DNA of 64,000 nucleotides from Candidatus Binatia bacterium (GTDB lineage Bacteria; Desulfobacterota; Binatia; UBA12015): NCBI GenBank assembly GCA_036563615.1, contig DATCMB010000004.1, positions 407,293 to 471,292 of the forward strand, read 5' to 3'. Shown piece by piece: positions 62,000 to 64,000 of this stretch (position 1 is its first letter; each line of letters starts with the position of its first letter). The notes under the pieces were generated by a model. It saw only the letters and a program-made list of their open reading frames with translations, ran no database searches and was not told where the DNA came from. The position numbers and the translations under genes were made by a program.

Positions 62000-62779
62000 T
62001 CAAGCTCCGGCCGGCGCCGGCCCCTCCGTGACGCCCTCCGCGCCCTCCTGCTCGGCGCCGGGCTCGTCGCCCTGGCCGCGCAGGCGCTCCTCGAACTCCT
62101 GCCGTCCCTCGATGATCGCGTCGGCGATCGACGAGCAGAACAGGCGGATCGCGCGGATCGCATCGTCGTTGCCCGGGATCTTGTAGTCCACGAGCTCCGG
62201 GTCGCAGTTGGTGTCGACCACCGCGATCACCGGGATGCCGAGCTTGTTCGCCTCCTTGACCGCGATCTCCTCCTTCTTCGGATCGATGACGAAGATCGCG
62301 TCGGGCAGCTTGCGCATGTTCTTGATGCCACCCAGCGAGGAGTTCAGCTTCTCGAGCTCGCGCGAGTAGTTGAGGATCTCCTTCTTGGTGTAGCGCTCCT
62401 GGGTGGCGGGATCGGCGAGCATCTCCTCGAGCTTCTTCAGCCGGTCGATGGACGCCTTGATGGTCTGGAAGTTCGTCAGCATGCCGCCGAGCCAGCGGTT
62501 GTTGACGTAGAACATCCCGCAGCGCTCGGCCTCCTCGCGGATCGGCTCCTGAGCCTGCTTCTTGGTGCCGACGAAGAGGATGACGCCGCCCGATGCCGCG
62601 AGCTCGCGCACCTCACGGTACACGTCGCGGAACATCTTCACCGTCTGCTGGAGATCGATGATGTAGATCCCGTTGCGGGCGCCGAAGATGTAGCGCTTCA
62701 TCTTCGGGTTCCAGCGGCTCGTCTGGTGGCCGAAGTGGACTCCGGCTTCCAGGAGCTGTTTCATCGTCGGCTCGGGCAT
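62000..62779 (-). CDS. rpsB: 30S ribosomal protein S2
   Basis: S2 signature ([55 protein letters not shown]). Confidence 0.9.
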   Translation of the reverse strand: MPEPTMKQLLEAGVHFGHQTSRWNPKMKRYIFGARNGIYIIDLQQTVKMFRDVYREVRELAASGGVILFVGTKKQAQEPIREEAERCGMFYVNNRWLGGMLTNFQTIKASIDRLKKLEEMLADPATQERYTKKEILNYSRELEKLNSSLGGIKNMRKLPDAIFVIDPKKEEIAVKEANKLGIPVIAVVDTNCDPELVDYKIPGNDDAIRAIRLFCSSIADAIIEGRQEFEERLRGQGDEPGAEQEGAEGVTEGPAPAGA

Positions 62780-62987
62780 CTTTCAACCTTCCTCGAATTG
62801 GCCGGACGGGAGACGCCCGGACCATTGCGCCTGTGCAGCGCTTAACCGTCGCTGGCTAGCAAAGCCCCAAATTGTACGCAATTCACTCGCCGAGAGCGGC
62901 CCGCCTCGGCGCGACCGTGGCGAAGCGCCCCGGGGCCCAGCGCCCGGCCGCGTCCGCCACCTCGAGCGGGGTCGCAGGCCCCCTCGC

Positions 62988-64000
<1,013 letters not shown>

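Overview
This is a 64 kb segment of a high-GC (~70%) bacterial chromosome made up almost entirely of conserved housekeeping genes. The GC content and gene content suggest a Myxococcota- or Acidobacteria-like organism, but that is inference only. Most genes are on the minus strand. I see no CRISPR array, no IS element or integrase, and no prophage.

Main content in order along the window:
- The 5' end of the dcw cell-division cluster (mraZ, rsmH, ftsL, ftsI, start of murE), with an RNase P RNA gene (rnpB) directly upstream.
- A COG1579 zinc-ribbon protein, an ECF41-like sigma factor and a tRNA-Met(CAU).
- An rpsU-dnaG pair (no rpoD follows), a glycerophosphodiester phosphodiesterase, prmA, rsmE, an RDD protein and gshB.
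- tRNA-Phe, a beta-lactamase-like serine hydrolase, phoD and cstA.
- A TetR regulator paired with an AurF-like diiron oxygenase, then glgP.
- An SGNH hydrolase fused to DUF5989 next to an SxtJ-like gene, followed by a TPR protein, mlaDFE and mrcB.
- A DUF1302 outer-membrane protein, an isochorismatase and a hypothetical protein.
- thrC (zinc-ribbon form) with a metB-like gene, then truA-asd-leuB-leuA with an apparent attenuator.
- A copper/heme-assembly cluster (cupredoxin, CoxB-like TM-only ORF, ctaB, ABC transporter, SCO) converging on a complete aa3 cox operon.
- pssA-psd-ilvC-ilvN (no ilvB), DUF465, tsaB-rseP-cdsA-uppS-frr-pyrH-tsf-rpsB and the 3' part of rho.

Most worth a second look:
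- the split subunit-II-like pair upstream of ctaB;
- the SxtJ / SGNH-DUF5989 module;
- the TetR/AurF-like pair with its operator palindrome;
- the leuA attenuator.

The many long arginine-rich ORFs antisense to real genes are GC artefacts.
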